Assembly: GCA_025363315.1 (NCBI GenBank)
Contig: JANYED010000167.1
Span: forward strand, 8,348-72,347
Origin: Polaromonas sp.
Lineage (GTDB): Bacteria; Pseudomonadota; Gammaproteobacteria; Burkholderiales; Burkholderiaceae_C
Direction: 5' to 3'
DNA: 64,000 bases
Below, in pieces: positions 1 to 8,665 of the stretch. The notes under the pieces were generated by a model that saw only the letters and a program-made list of their open reading frames with translations, did no database searches and was not told the DNA's origin. Position 1 is the first letter of the stretch, and every line of letters begins with the position of its first letter. A program made the translations under genes and the position numbers.

Positions 1-1
1 T

Positions 2-160
2 CAAGTTTCTTCGCAAATCAAATTGATGAATGCAATTCGCCAGTTCACTGCAAACGATCTCGACTTCGTGATGATTACGCCGTACGGGATGTCCGCTGAG
101 TCGGTTATGTCCGATCAGATCGTCCCGGTGCTTTTGCTGACCAGGAGGACTAATCTATAA
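2..160 (+). CDS. 3' end of a gene truncated by the window edge, possibly a universal-stress-protein-like C-terminus
   Basis: Open frame from base 2 to TAA at 158-160: QVSSQIKLMNAIRQFTANDLDFVMITPYGMSAESVMSDQIVPVLLLTRRTNL*. The DxxVM...G.SAE.V...PVLL ending resembles USP C-termini (recollection, not searched). Confidence 0.35.
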   Translation, partial: QVSSQIKLMNAIRQFTANDLDFVMITPYGMSAESVMSDQIVPVLLLTRRTNL

Positions 161-204
161 AAACAAATCGTTCTTGACTTTCCTGCTACCCGGCTACGCG
201 CGCG

Positions 205-1482
205 TCAAAAACTCGTCGCAAACATCACCACCACCGCCACAGCCATAACAATAGTCGCTCCCCAGCCAAAGAACCTGTGGCGCGTGCTGATGGTGTATTT
301 CCCCATCAAACGTTTGGACTGCCCAATCCACATGAGCGCAGCCATGATGGGCACCGAAATAACGCCATTCACAATGGCGCTCCAGACCAGTGCCTTAATG
401 GGGTCAAGCTCAAAATAGCCCATCAGCGTGCCAATGCCAGTAGCGGCCACGATGATGAGGTAGAAACCTCTTGCTTCGTGAAACCCCTTGGACAGGCCAG
501 CCTTCCAACCGTAAAGCTCGCTAACGGCGAATGCGGCGGAGCCAGCCAACACAGGTACAGCAAGAAGTCCGGTACCAATGATTCCCAAAGCAAAGACCAC
601 GAACGCGAATTCGCCGGCAATGGGCCTCAAAGCTTCTGCCGCTTGCGCCGAAGTCTGAATATTCGTGACCCCTTTAAGATTCAATGTGACCGCAGTCGCT
701 ACAACGATGCATACGGCAACTACATTAGAAAAGGTCATACCGAAGAAAGTGTCTAACTTGATGCGCGACAACTGCTTGGCAGCATATTTGGGGTCGCTCT
801 TCAGCTTTTCCGCATCAGGCCTGCTGTGGCTGTCTTCTACCTCCTGCGAAGCCTGCCAGAAGAACAAGTATGGGCTGATGGTGGTTCCGAGTACCGCAAC
901 GATCATCGCGGCGTATTCCTTCAGAGATGAATCTGTCGGAAAAAACGTCCAGGGTTGCAATGACTCAGTTATTGCCTGGTGCCATGGAACAGATACGGTC
1001 AAAATAACCGCTACGTATGCAAACAGCGCCAGTGTGAGCCACTTGAGTATGCGAACTGTACGCTCGTAAGAAAAGAATATTTGGGTTGCGATACAGAGTG
1101 CACCGAAGCCTAGGACATATAACGTCTGGTTACCGCCAGCCAGTAATCGGACGGCCTCGCCCATGGCACCAATATCAGCGGCAATGTTGATGGTGTTAGC
1201 GATCACCAACAAACTCACCAAACCGACAGTTAGCCAGCGGGGAAACAATTTGTTGATGTTTGACGCCAAGCCTTCGCCCGTGACCCAGCCAATTCTGGCT
1301 GAAAGCATCTGAATGCCAATCATCAGCGGCGTAGTCAGCAGCAGAGTCCAGACCAGTCCGAATCGAAACTGGGAACCGGCTTGGGAATAAGTGGCAATGC
1401 CGCTTGGATCGTCATCTACTGCGCCCGTAATAAGGCCAGGGCCGAGTCGTCGGAAAATCTTTTGTGCAGTTTGAGTCACCAT
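205..1482 (-). CDS. NRAMP/SLC11-superfamily divalent metal transporter (non-canonical DDDPSG / GTTISPY type)
   Basis: 425 aa, about 11 hydrophobic segments, N-terminal GPGLITGAVDDDPSGIATYSQAG and TM6 LGTTISPYLFFWQ motifs. Confidence 0.85.
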   Translation of the reverse strand: MVTQTAQKIFRRLGPGLITGAVDDDPSGIATYSQAGSQFRFGLVWTLLLTTPLMIGIQMLSARIGWVTGEGLASNINKLFPRWLTVGLVSLLVIANTINIAADIGAMGEAVRLLAGGNQTLYVLGFGALCIATQIFFSYERTVRILKWLTLALFAYVAVILTVSVPWHQAITESLQPWTFFPTDSSLKEYAAMIVAVLGTTISPYLFFWQASQEVEDSHSRPDAEKLKSDPKYAAKQLSRIKLDTFFGMTFSNVVAVCIVVATAVTLNLKGVTNIQTSAQAAEALRPIAGEFAFVVFALGIIGTGLLAVPVLAGSAAFAVSELYGWKAGLSKGFHEARGFYLIIVAATGIGTLMGYFELDPIKALVWSAIVNGVISVPIMAALMWIGQSKRLMGKYTISTRHRFFGWGATIVMAVAVVVMFATSF

Positions 1483-1514
1483 GGTTGATCCCTTTTTCCA
1501 TCCGCAGGTCGGGG

Positions 1515-2093
1515 TTAATTACCTAAATAGAAGTCGACTTTAAACAAAGTCAAAACACCCATGATGGCAAATATTACCGCTGCAATTGAGTGAACAAGCT
1601 TCATGGGTATTTTCTTGGAGAAGCGGTCCCCGACAAACACTGCGGGAACATCAGCGATCAGCATGCCCAGCGTGGTGCCGATCACGACCATCAACGGATT
1701 CGGAAAGTGCGCAGCCATGGCGACTGTGGCAATCTGCGTCTTGTCGCCCGTCTCTGCCAAAAAGAACGTCACCAGCGTGGCACCAAATACTCCCAGGTGG
1801 TTGGCGACGTGTGTCTCTTCATCTTCAATTTTGTCCGGAATCATGGTCCATACCGCCATGCCGAGAAATGACACCCCGACAACCCAACGTAAAACCTCAG
1901 GGGTCAGCATGGAGGTGATCCAGGCGCCCAATGCACCAGCCAGACCATGATTAACCAGGGTTGCGCAAAGAATCGCCGCAATGATGGGAAGGGGTTTCTT
2001 GAATCTCGCAGCCAGAACGAAGGCGAGAAGCTGTGTCTTGTCGCCAATCTCAGCCAGAGCTACAACGCCCATTGAAGTGAACAGAGCTTCCAT
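1515..2093 (-). CDS. TMEM165/GDT1 (UPF0016) family putative Mn2+ exporter, MneA-like
   Basis: 192 aa with the two family motifs LAEIGDKTQ and LAETGDKTQ; directly downstream of a yybP-ykoY-like RNA. Confidence 0.92.
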   Translation of the reverse strand: MEALFTSMGVVALAEIGDKTQLLAFVLAARFKKPLPIIAAILCATLVNHGLAGALGAWITSMLTPEVLRWVVGVSFLGMAVWTMIPDKIEDEETHVANHLGVFGATLVTFFLAETGDKTQIATVAMAAHFPNPLMVVIGTTLGMLIADVPAVFVGDRFSKKIPMKLVHSIAAVIFAIMGVLTLFKVDFYLGN

Positions 2094-2154
2094 TTATAAA
2101 TTACCGGGCAAGGCAAAAAGGCAATTAACTACGTGCTCACCGGCCAAACCTGAA

Positions 2155-2275
2155 GCTACATGGTCAAAGGTCTTGCCAAATTGCAAAGCCATTTCGACAC
2201 GATTGGTGAAGTCAAGTGTGTTGACGCAGAGGCAATCGATGATCTGAAGTCCAGTTTCTCCCCAGAAACGCTTTA
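2155..2275 (-). ncRNA. yybP-ykoY manganese riboswitch
   Basis: Minus strand reads ...UUUCUGGGGAGAAACU...CGUCAACACAC...UUGGCAAGACCUUUGACCA..., carrying the GGGGAG, CGUCAAC and GGCAAGACC blocks of proteobacterial yybP-ykoY RNAs. It sits in the 5' UTR of a UPF0016 gene, the known context. Boundaries approximate. Confidence 0.85.
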
Positions 2276-2284
2276 ACAGAAGCA

Positions 2285-3445
2285 TCAATTCGCCGTCAGT
2301 TGCATCAAAGCTTGAATGCCCATGAGGACTGCAACAAACGCCATTAATCCGCTTGAGAAATATGGCACTTTGCGGGCCAGATCACTGAACTTACCGTTGC
2401 CAAAGCGTTTTCCAACCTGGCGCGCGCCCCAAGCAGCTATGACACCAACGCCTACCATTGAAATAGCTAAACCAAAGCTAAAACTCGCAACCATGACAGC
2501 GCCTAACGTGAATCGCTTCAGATGCAGGCAAATTATCAGTATGGTCACTGATGCGGGGCATGGCACCAAACCACCCGTCAAGCCAAACATCGCAATCTGC
2601 CCTGTCGTTACTTTCTGACCGACGAAGCGACGTTTGATATCTTCCGCATGGGCACGCTCATGGGCGTCTTGGTAGGTGCCATCACCTCCCAGCAGGTCGT
2701 CACTCACGTCATGATGGTGCGGGTGATGGTGCGGGTGGTCATGATCACCATGGGCGTGGTCATCTTCGTAAAATTTGACTTCAAAACGATGTGTGTGGTC
2801 CCCATGTCCCATACTCAAAACCGCTTCAAATTCGTGCGGCTCAGGGACTTCCTGAGGCGACTCCAAATAGCTGCCAGTGGCTTTGAGTTCAAAAGTCTGC
2901 TTGGTACCGTCCGGGCGAACAGTTTCGATGAATACTGAATCGTGGTCATGGAAGGGCTCGCTTTCCATGGAAGAGTCATAGGCGTGAAGGCGAAACCGGG
3001 GCGGCATTCCTGTCTCAAAAACCTCCAGTTCGACGAATCCATGTCCCGTATTGATGATCTTGCCGCCATGTGGTGCACGTTGCTGTGCTTTTGCCGCCAA
3101 CTCGTCACGCCGCGTACGCATAAACATCCACACGGATACGGCGAGCACCACCACGGCAGAAAGAAGCATGAAATAGGGTTCTGCCCGTTCAGCAATCAAT
3201 TCGTTTCCGAACTTCAATGCCACTGCCGCTAGCGCCCAAACAACCAGCGAATGGGAGAATGCAGCGCAAAGTCCGAGCAAGGCGGCTTGTCCAACGGAAC
3301 CCTTAACCGCGATGATGAACGACGCCATCATTGTTTTAGAGTGTCCAGGCTCAAGACCATGCAAAGCCCCAAGCAAAATGGCTGTGGGGACGAAGACCCA
3401 CAAGTTCGTGGCCCCTTGTTGGATGAGTTCTGCGATGGGTGGCAT
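2285..3445 (-). CDS. rcnA: Nickel/cobalt efflux transporter RcnA (NicO family) with enlarged His-rich loop
   Basis: LGALHGLEPGHSKTMMA motif, His-rich HAHGDHDHPHHHPHHHD, QDAHERAHA and GGLVPCPAS motifs; divergent from an RcnR-family gene. Confidence 0.9.
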   Translation of the reverse strand: MPPIAELIQQGATNLWVFVPTAILLGALHGLEPGHSKTMMASFIIAVKGSVGQAALLGLCAAFSHSLVVWALAAVALKFGNELIAERAEPYFMLLSAVVVLAVSVWMFMRTRRDELAAKAQQRAPHGGKIINTGHGFVELEVFETGMPPRFRLHAYDSSMESEPFHDHDSVFIETVRPDGTKQTFELKATGSYLESPQEVPEPHEFEAVLSMGHGDHTHRFEVKFYEDDHAHGDHDHPHHHPHHHDVSDDLLGGDGTYQDAHERAHAEDIKRRFVGQKVTTGQIAMFGLTGGLVPCPASVTILIICLHLKRFTLGAVMVASFSFGLAISMVGVGVIAAWGARQVGKRFGNGKFSDLARKVPYFSSGLMAFVAVLMGIQALMQLTAN

Positions 3446-3489
3446 TGGAGTGATTAAGTCTGGAAAAAGTGCGCTAAGCGCAGACGCCG

Positions 3490-3509
3490 ATACTATACCC
3501 CAGTATAAT
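3490..3509. promoter_or_regulatory. RcnR-type operator overlapping a TATAAT -10 hexamer
   Basis: ATACT-ATACCCC-AGTAT: TACT-N7-AGTA inverted repeat with a C-tract, matching the TACT-G6-N-AGTA RcnR operator architecture. TATAAT at 3504-3509; lies between divergent rcnA and rcnR. Confidence 0.8.
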
Positions 3510-3534
3510 ATATTGATGAAAAGGAAGATGACAA

Positions 3535-3810
3535 ATGGCGCACACGATCAAAGGCAAGGCCAAACTACTCACCCGCGTGCGACGCATTCGCGGGCAGTCA
3601 GATGCATTGGAAAAGGCGCTTGAAGCGGAGGCGGATTGCGCAGCGGTATTGCAGCAGATCGCAGCTATCCGTGGTGCAGTCAATGGTCTTATGTCAGAAG
3701 TTCTGGAACATCACTTGCGCGATCACCTGGGTGCAGGCGCTGTTGATGCCGCCAAAAGGGAGCAAGACCTTGAAGAAGTCGTTGCGGTGCTGAAGTCTTA
3801 TCTCAAGTAG
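3535..3810 (+). CDS. rcnR: RcnR/CsoR/FrmR family metal-sensing repressor
   Basis: 91 aa; MAHT N-terminus, RVRRIRGQ, DCAAVLQQIAAIRGAVNGLM, HHLRDH, C-terminal SYLK. Confidence 0.9.
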   Translation: MAHTIKGKAKLLTRVRRIRGQSDALEKALEAEADCAAVLQQIAAIRGAVNGLMSEVLEHHLRDHLGAGAVDAAKREQDLEEVVAVLKSYLK

Positions 3811-3857
3811 TCGATATTGAAAGGCGTGGACATTTTGATTCTCTGGCGTTACGCCAA

Positions 3858-5147
3858 CTATGACAAAAGCTCAGCGAGCTTATTGCCGAGGCGATTCCAG
3901 GCTTCGCGCTTCTCTTCCGCATAGTCGTACGTTTGGTAGGTGCGTATCAGTTTGCTTGGCTCCACATGATTCAGAACGCGCTCAATAATTGCCGGTACAA
4001 CTTTGATCGACTGCATTAACGTAGCTCCGGTCCTGCGCAAGTCATGTGGAACCCAGTCGCCGCCGGTTAGCAATAGTGCGTCGGAGTTCTTCGTCCTGTT
4101 TTTCATGGGCTTGCGACCTTGACCAGCCATTTGTCTGTCGCGTATTTGTTTGGTCGTAGATTTGGCACAGACAAAAGTTTTTCCGGTGGTGTCTGGAAAG
4201 CACCATACCTTACTGTCGGCTTGTTTCTTCAGCGCATTGAACTGGTTAATGGAAAAATCAGACAGGTAAATGGTGTGAGCTTTGCCATTTTTTGAATGTT
4301 CTTTTGGAATCACCCATTCCTTTTTCTTGAAGTCCACATGCTCCCATCGAGCTTGAATAACCTCGCTGATCCGGCAACAGCACGACAGCATTAGCCATAT
4401 CGCGATCTGACTCTTCGGCATCAACCCCGAGTCTGGCAATTTCCGAGCAAGTTCACAAATTTCATCCTCGCTCAAAGCTCTGGTTCGCTCACCGCCCTCG
4501 TACTCACGTGGAAGTATCTTGTCTTTCCGAAGATCAATTTCGTCCGTTGGGTTCTCAAAAAGAGTCTTCCAAGCGCGCTTTCGAGCGGCCCAGCGGAACA
4601 TCTGCTTTATGTCGGCAAAGAGTGCAACTGCAGTACGAAGTGATCCACGTTTTACAACCTCGCGTAATATTTTTTCAATATGCTCGGGGTGTACCTTGCC
4701 GAGTTGGTAGTCGCCAATAGTTGGAAAGACGTCGCGTTTGAAAGACCGCTGTAGCTCCTTACCACCATCTTTCCGATCAACAGTTTTGACCCACTCGTCG
4801 AAAAGATCCTGGAGGGTCTTCTCATGTGATTTGGCATGTGCGATGCGCTCCAGTTCCGCTTTTCTTTCTTCATCGACTTTGACTTGAATGTCGATACCCT
4901 TGCGTGCGAGTGATCGAATAAGAGTTGCTTCTTCGCGCGCCTCCTTGAGCCCGAGTCGGCCGTCACCGTCACCGTAGAGTTCTGGCAACCGGTACTGGCG
5001 CTCTTTGCCATCCAGCATGTACCTGACCAGCCAACTCTTGGCGCCATCTGTAGCTATCCGCAGTTGTAAGCCATCGCCGTCGGTCAGTTTGTATGGCTTA
5101 TCTTTCGGCCGCGCGTTGTCGATTTGCTTTACAGTCAGGTTACCCAT
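3858..5147 (-). CDS. P4-like tyrosine integrase with N-terminal arm-binding domain
   Basis: Probable start MGNLTVKQI at 5147. Arm-binding-type N-terminus (KPYKLTDGDGLQLRI...KSW) and catalytic R (CCRISE), K (SKNGK), HxxR (HDLRR), H (LNH) and Y (TYQTY) all present. Confidence 0.93.
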   Translation of the reverse strand: MGNLTVKQIDNARPKDKPYKLTDGDGLQLRIATDGAKSWLVRYMLDGKERQYRLPELYGDGDGRLGLKEAREEATLIRSLARKGIDIQVKVDEERKAELERIAHAKSHEKTLQDLFDEWVKTVDRKDGGKELQRSFKRDVFPTIGDYQLGKVHPEHIEKILREVVKRGSLRTAVALFADIKQMFRWAARKRAWKTLFENPTDEIDLRKDKILPREYEGGERTRALSEDEICELARKLPDSGLMPKSQIAIWLMLSCCCRISEVIQARWEHVDFKKKEWVIPKEHSKNGKAHTIYLSDFSINQFNALKKQADSKVWCFPDTTGKTFVCAKSTTKQIRDRQMAGQGRKPMKNRTKNSDALLLTGGDWVPHDLRRTGATLMQSIKVVPAIIERVLNHVEPSKLIRTYQTYDYAEEKREAWNRLGNKLAELLS

Positions 5148-5180
5148 AATCAGTTCCAAGGGGTCGGGGAAAATGCTTCC

Positions 5181-5200
5181 GTGTCCGAACGGTGTCCGAA
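5181..5200 (+). repeat. Direct repeat GTGTCCGAA x2 (11-bp period), likely integrase arm-type binding sites
   Basis: gtgtccgaa at 5181-5189 and 5192-5200, between the integrase start and the att site. Function inferred from position. Confidence 0.5.
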
Positions 5201-5317
5201 AAAACATCGGCTTTTATTGGATTATGCTGGATTTCGCTGAACGATGTCACTTCCTAAGTTGTTGATTTAATTGAATAAATGGATTTTGTTGAATGTTGCT
5301 GGACAATCAAAAAAATT

Positions 5318-5363
5318 GCTACGAACCAAGGGGTCGTGGGTTCAATTCCTGCCAGCCGCACCA
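5318..5363 (+). other. att site: duplicated 3' 46 bp of tRNA-Arg(ACG), not a complete tRNA
   Basis: GCTACGAACCAAGGGGTCGTGGGTTCAATTCCTGCCAGCCGCACCA = anticodon loop (ACG), T-arm and CCA; upstream sequence has no D-arm or 5' acceptor strand. Confidence 0.9.
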
Positions 5364-5382
5364 GAATTAACGTTCTAGAACC

Positions 5383-5419
5383 ATAGCTTAGAGGCTTACC
5401 CCTCTAGGCTATTTTTTTT
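5383..5419 (+). terminator. Intrinsic terminator left behind the displaced tRNA 3' end
   Basis: Stem ATAGCTTAGAGG / CCTCTAGGCTAT followed by a T-tract. Confidence 0.8.
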
Positions 5420-5437
5420 GCTGTCCTGATAGCAGGC

Positions 5438-5491
5438 GCTATTGAATCAGGAGCTGCTCGCGCCCGAATTTATTGGGCTTGGGCCCTAAAA
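5438..5491 (+). repeat. 54-bp dispersed motif, copy 1 (intergenic)
   Basis: gctat tgaatca ggagc tgct cgcgc ccg aatttat tgggct tgggccctaaaa. Confidence 0.9.
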
Positions 5492-5557
5492 CATACCTAA
5501 AGACGGCTGAACCGTCAAAAAAAATTCAAAATCAGCGCGTTTTGTAAAAAAGTAGCC

Positions 5558-5611
5558 AAAACCGCCTAAAACCTAATATTTACGGGCGCGAGCAGCTACC
5601 AAATTAATAGT
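5558..5611 (-). repeat. 54-bp motif, copy 2 (intergenic, inverted relative to copy 1)
   Basis: Reverse complement: actat taatttg gtagc tgct cgcgc ccg taatatt aggttt taggcggttttg. Confidence 0.85.
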
Positions 5612-5673
5612 CGGTGGCATATCATGACGACTGAAACTTTTCTGCGGTGCTGCAGTGCAAGCGCCGCCACACC

Positions 5674-6243
5674 ATGAACAAAGCCTTCACCAAAGAAACC
5701 GATTCAGACGACGACGACCTGGCTTTGCCGCCGCTGCTGCAGGGCGGTAAAAATTACATCACGCCTGCTGGCTATGCGCGTTTGCGGGGTGAATTGCTTA
5801 ACCTGATGGATGTTGAACGGCCCAAAATCGTCGATGTGGTGCACTGGGCGGCCAGCAACGGAGACCGGTCTGAAAACGGTGACTACCTGTACGGCAAAAA
5901 GCGCCTCCGCGAGATTGACCGGCGTATCCGGTTTTTAACCCAGCGGCTGGAAATTGCCGAAATCACCGATCCGTCGATTCACCACGGCAAAAACCAGGTG
6001 TTTTTTGGCTGCACGGTGACTTATGAGGATGATGTGGCCACTGAGCGCAGCGTCACGATTTTGGGCATTGACGAGGCGGACACGTTGGCCGGGCAGGTCA
6101 GCTGGGTGTCGCCGGTGGCGCGGGTGCTGCTCAAAGCGCGGGTCGGTGACGAAGTCAGTTTGCAAACGCCAGAAGGTGTGCGGGTTTTAAGCGTGATCAG
6201 CGTGAACTACCCCACGCCAGGCGCTACAACGCCAACTGATTAA
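5674..6243 (+). CDS. greB: Transcription elongation factor GreB
   Basis: MNKAFTKE start; WAASNGDRSENGDYLYGKKRLREIDRRIRFL; VSWVSPVARVLL. Confidence 0.95.
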   Translation: MNKAFTKETDSDDDDLALPPLLQGGKNYITPAGYARLRGELLNLMDVERPKIVDVVHWAASNGDRSENGDYLYGKKRLREIDRRIRFLTQRLEIAEITDPSIHHGKNQVFFGCTVTYEDDVATERSVTILGIDEADTLAGQVSWVSPVARVLLKARVGDEVSLQTPEGVRVLSVISVNYPTPGATTPTD

Positions 6244-6254
6244 ACGCCAGCTAA

Positions 6255-8525
6255 TTAAACGCCCGGTTTTGCCCGCTGCACCCGCAGCACCGACGCCGTG
6301 CGTTTGACGTTGCGCAGTACGGTAGCCAGGTGCGCCCTGTCGCGCACCGCAATGCCAAATTTCAGTTCGGTCGCGTCTTGCGCACGCTCCTGGCCCATGT
6401 TGACGTGAGTGATGTCAGCCTCAGCCGTGGCCAGCGCGGCAGCCACCCGGGCCAGCACGCCTTTACCGTTAGTGACTGTGATCAGCAGCGCGGTTTCAAA
6501 CAGCCGCGTGGGCTCGTCAGACCAGTCCACGGCAATAAAGCGTTCACTGTCGCGGTGCTGCAAGCGCTTGGCCACCGCGCAGTCGTCCGTGTGCACCACT
6601 AGGCCTTCACCGCGGCCGAGGTAACCCAAAATGCCGTCGCCTGGTATCGGCTTGCAGCACAGCGCAAACTGCACAGAAGCGCCCTCGCTGCCGTCCAGCA
6701 CCAGCGAGCCTTGCGACACCGATTCATGCGCCGTGTATCGCTCCCGGCTGAGCAGCAGGGCGTTGGGTTTTTCGCCTCTTTCAGCCAGCAATACCACAAT
6801 GCGCTTGGCCACCATGCTGGCAATGCGCTTGCCCAATCCCACATCGGTCAGCAAGTCAGCCCGCGAGCGGTTGCCGCTAAAGCGCAAGATTTTGTCCCAC
6901 AGCGGGCGGTCTGCCTTGCTGTCTTCTGGCAGCTTTTCGATGCCTTCGGCGCGCAGCGCCTGGGTCAGCATTTTTTCGCCCAGCTCTTGTGATTCAGCCA
7001 GCGCCATGGTTTTAAGGTGGTGGCGAATTTTTGAGCGTGCCTTGCCGGTTCTGACAAAACTGAGCCAGCCGGGGTTGGGGCTGGCCACCGTCGAGGTGAT
7101 GATTTCAATCACGTCACCGTTGTGCAGTTCAGACCGCAGCGGCACCTGCTCGCCATTGACTTTGGCCGCGACCGAGCGGTTGCCAATGTCGCTGTGAATG
7201 GCATAGGCAAAGTCGACGATGGTGGCGCCGCGCGGCATCGCCATGATCTGGCCTTTCGGCGTAAAAACGTAAACCGCATCGGGGAAGAGATCAATCTTGA
7301 CGTGGTCCCAAAACTCGGCAGCGTCGCGTGTTTCATGTTGAATGTCGAGCAACGACTGCAGCCACTGCGACCCCAGCCGCTGCGAGGCGTCACTGTTCGG
7401 GTCTTTGGCCTTGTACAGCCAGTGCGCGGCCACGCCTGATTCAGCCACCACATGCATGGCCTCGGTACGCATTTGAAATTCAATGTTGGTGCCAAACGGG
7501 CCCACCAGCGTGGTGTGCAGCGACTGGTAGCCGTTGATTTTGGGGATCGCAATGTAGTCCTTGAACTTGCCCGGCAGCGGCTTGTAATGCTGGTGCAGCA
7601 CGCCCATGGCGGTGTAGCAGGCGTTCAGCCGATCAACAATCACGCGAAAGCCGTAAATGTCTGTGACCTGCGCAAACGACAGATGCTTTTCATCCATTTT
7701 GCGGTAGACGGAATACAGCGTTTTTTCACGCCCCGAGATTTGCACGCCGATGTTCTCAAGTGCAAATGCCGACTCAACCTCAGCCTGCACACGTTTGATG
7801 ACATCGCGCCTGCGGCCACGCGCTTTGAGCAGGGCTTTGCGCAGCACCTGATAGCGCCACGGGTGCAGGTGCTGAAACGACAGCTCTTGCAGCTCGCGGT
7901 AAGTGGTGTTTAGGCCGAGGCGGTGGGCGATGGGGGCATATATGTCGAGTGTTTCGCGTGAAATACGCGCCCACTTTTCACGCGGCGCGTCGCCCAGGGT
8001 TCGCATGTTGTGGGTGCGGTCGGCCAGCTTGATCAAAATCACCCGCACATCGCGCGCCATGGCCAGCAGCATTTTTCTGAAAGACTCGGCCTGGTTTTCT
8101 TCTCTGGTGTTGAACTCCAGCTTTTCCAGCTTTGTCAGGCCATCAACCAGTTCGGCCACCGGCGCGCCAAAGCGTTCTATCAACTCAGGCTTGGTCACGC
8201 CGCAATCTTCAATCGCGTCGTGCAGCAGCGCGGCCATTAGTGCTTGCGCGTCCAGCTTCCATTCAGCGCACTGCAGGGCCACAGCAATTGGGTGGGTGAT
8301 GTAAGGCTCGCCGCTGTTGCGCAGCTGGCCCAGGTGCGCCTCGTCAGCAAAACGGTAGGCGCGGCGGATGTTGTCCACATCCTCGGGGCTCATGTAGTCA
8401 AGTTTGGCGGTAAGCGCGGCAAAGCTGGCAGCAGCGGCGTTGGCGGCTGCAGGCGTGGTCTTGGGTGCAGGCTTGGCGGGTCGGGCTCGCTTGACCGGCG
8501 GGGTGGGAGGAAGCAGGGCGCTCAT
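6255..8525 (-). CDS. spoT: Bifunctional (p)ppGpp synthetase/hydrolase SpoT
   Basis: HD hydrolase (AALLHDAIED), synthetase (YQSLHT, EFQMRT), TGS, CC and ACT regions; downstream of gmk-rpoZ. Confidence 0.96.
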   Translation of the reverse strand: MSALLPPTPPVKRARPAKPAPKTTPAAANAAAASFAALTAKLDYMSPEDVDNIRRAYRFADEAHLGQLRNSGEPYITHPIAVALQCAEWKLDAQALMAALLHDAIEDCGVTKPELIERFGAPVAELVDGLTKLEKLEFNTREENQAESFRKMLLAMARDVRVILIKLADRTHNMRTLGDAPREKWARISRETLDIYAPIAHRLGLNTTYRELQELSFQHLHPWRYQVLRKALLKARGRRRDVIKRVQAEVESAFALENIGVQISGREKTLYSVYRKMDEKHLSFAQVTDIYGFRVIVDRLNACYTAMGVLHQHYKPLPGKFKDYIAIPKINGYQSLHTTLVGPFGTNIEFQMRTEAMHVVAESGVAAHWLYKAKDPNSDASQRLGSQWLQSLLDIQHETRDAAEFWDHVKIDLFPDAVYVFTPKGQIMAMPRGATIVDFAYAIHSDIGNRSVAAKVNGEQVPLRSELHNGDVIEIITSTVASPNPGWLSFVRTGKARSKIRHHLKTMALAESQELGEKMLTQALRAEGIEKLPEDSKADRPLWDKILRFSGNRSRADLLTDVGLGKRIASMVAKRIVVLLAERGEKPNALLLSRERYTAHESVSQGSLVLDGSEGASVQFALCCKPIPGDGILGYLGRGEGLVVHTDDCAVAKRLQHRDSERFIAVDWSDEPTRLFETALLITVTNGKGVLARVAAALATAEADITHVNMGQERAQDATELKFGIAVRDRAHLATVLRNVKRTASVLRVQRAKPGV

Positions 8526-8601
8526 GCCTTAAATGTATCGCGCAGCGTGGTCAATTTGAAGCGAATGGCCTTTGTATGACATGAGGGCATGCCCAGAAAG
8601 C

Positions 8602-8628
8602 AAAAAAGCACCGGCTAGCGGTGCTTTT
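8602..8628. terminator. Hairpin terminator between rpoZ and spoT
   Basis: AAAAAAGCACCG-GCTAG-CGGTGCTTTT; gives a 3' U-tract on the minus strand. Confidence 0.7.
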
Positions 8629-8665
8629 GATGCGGGTCGCGCGAATTCGCGTGGGGTGTCGCGAT

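Larger units (their letters stand above)
1..5363. mobile_element. Right end of an integrative genomic island in tRNA-Arg(ACG); left end lies outside the window
   Basis: Integrase adjacent to a 3'-only tRNA fragment, visibly AT-richer sequence than the flank, metal-resistance cargo. Confidence 0.85.

Noticed and set aside
2094-2288. 64-aa ORF between rcnA and the UPF0016 gene
   Set aside because: It coincides with the yybP-ykoY riboswitch and has no recognisable protein features.
5287-5363. Complete tRNA-Arg gene
   Set aside because: Only the anticodon loop to CCA is present; the upstream sequence is AT-rich and cannot form the D-arm or acceptor stem. Treated as an att duplication.
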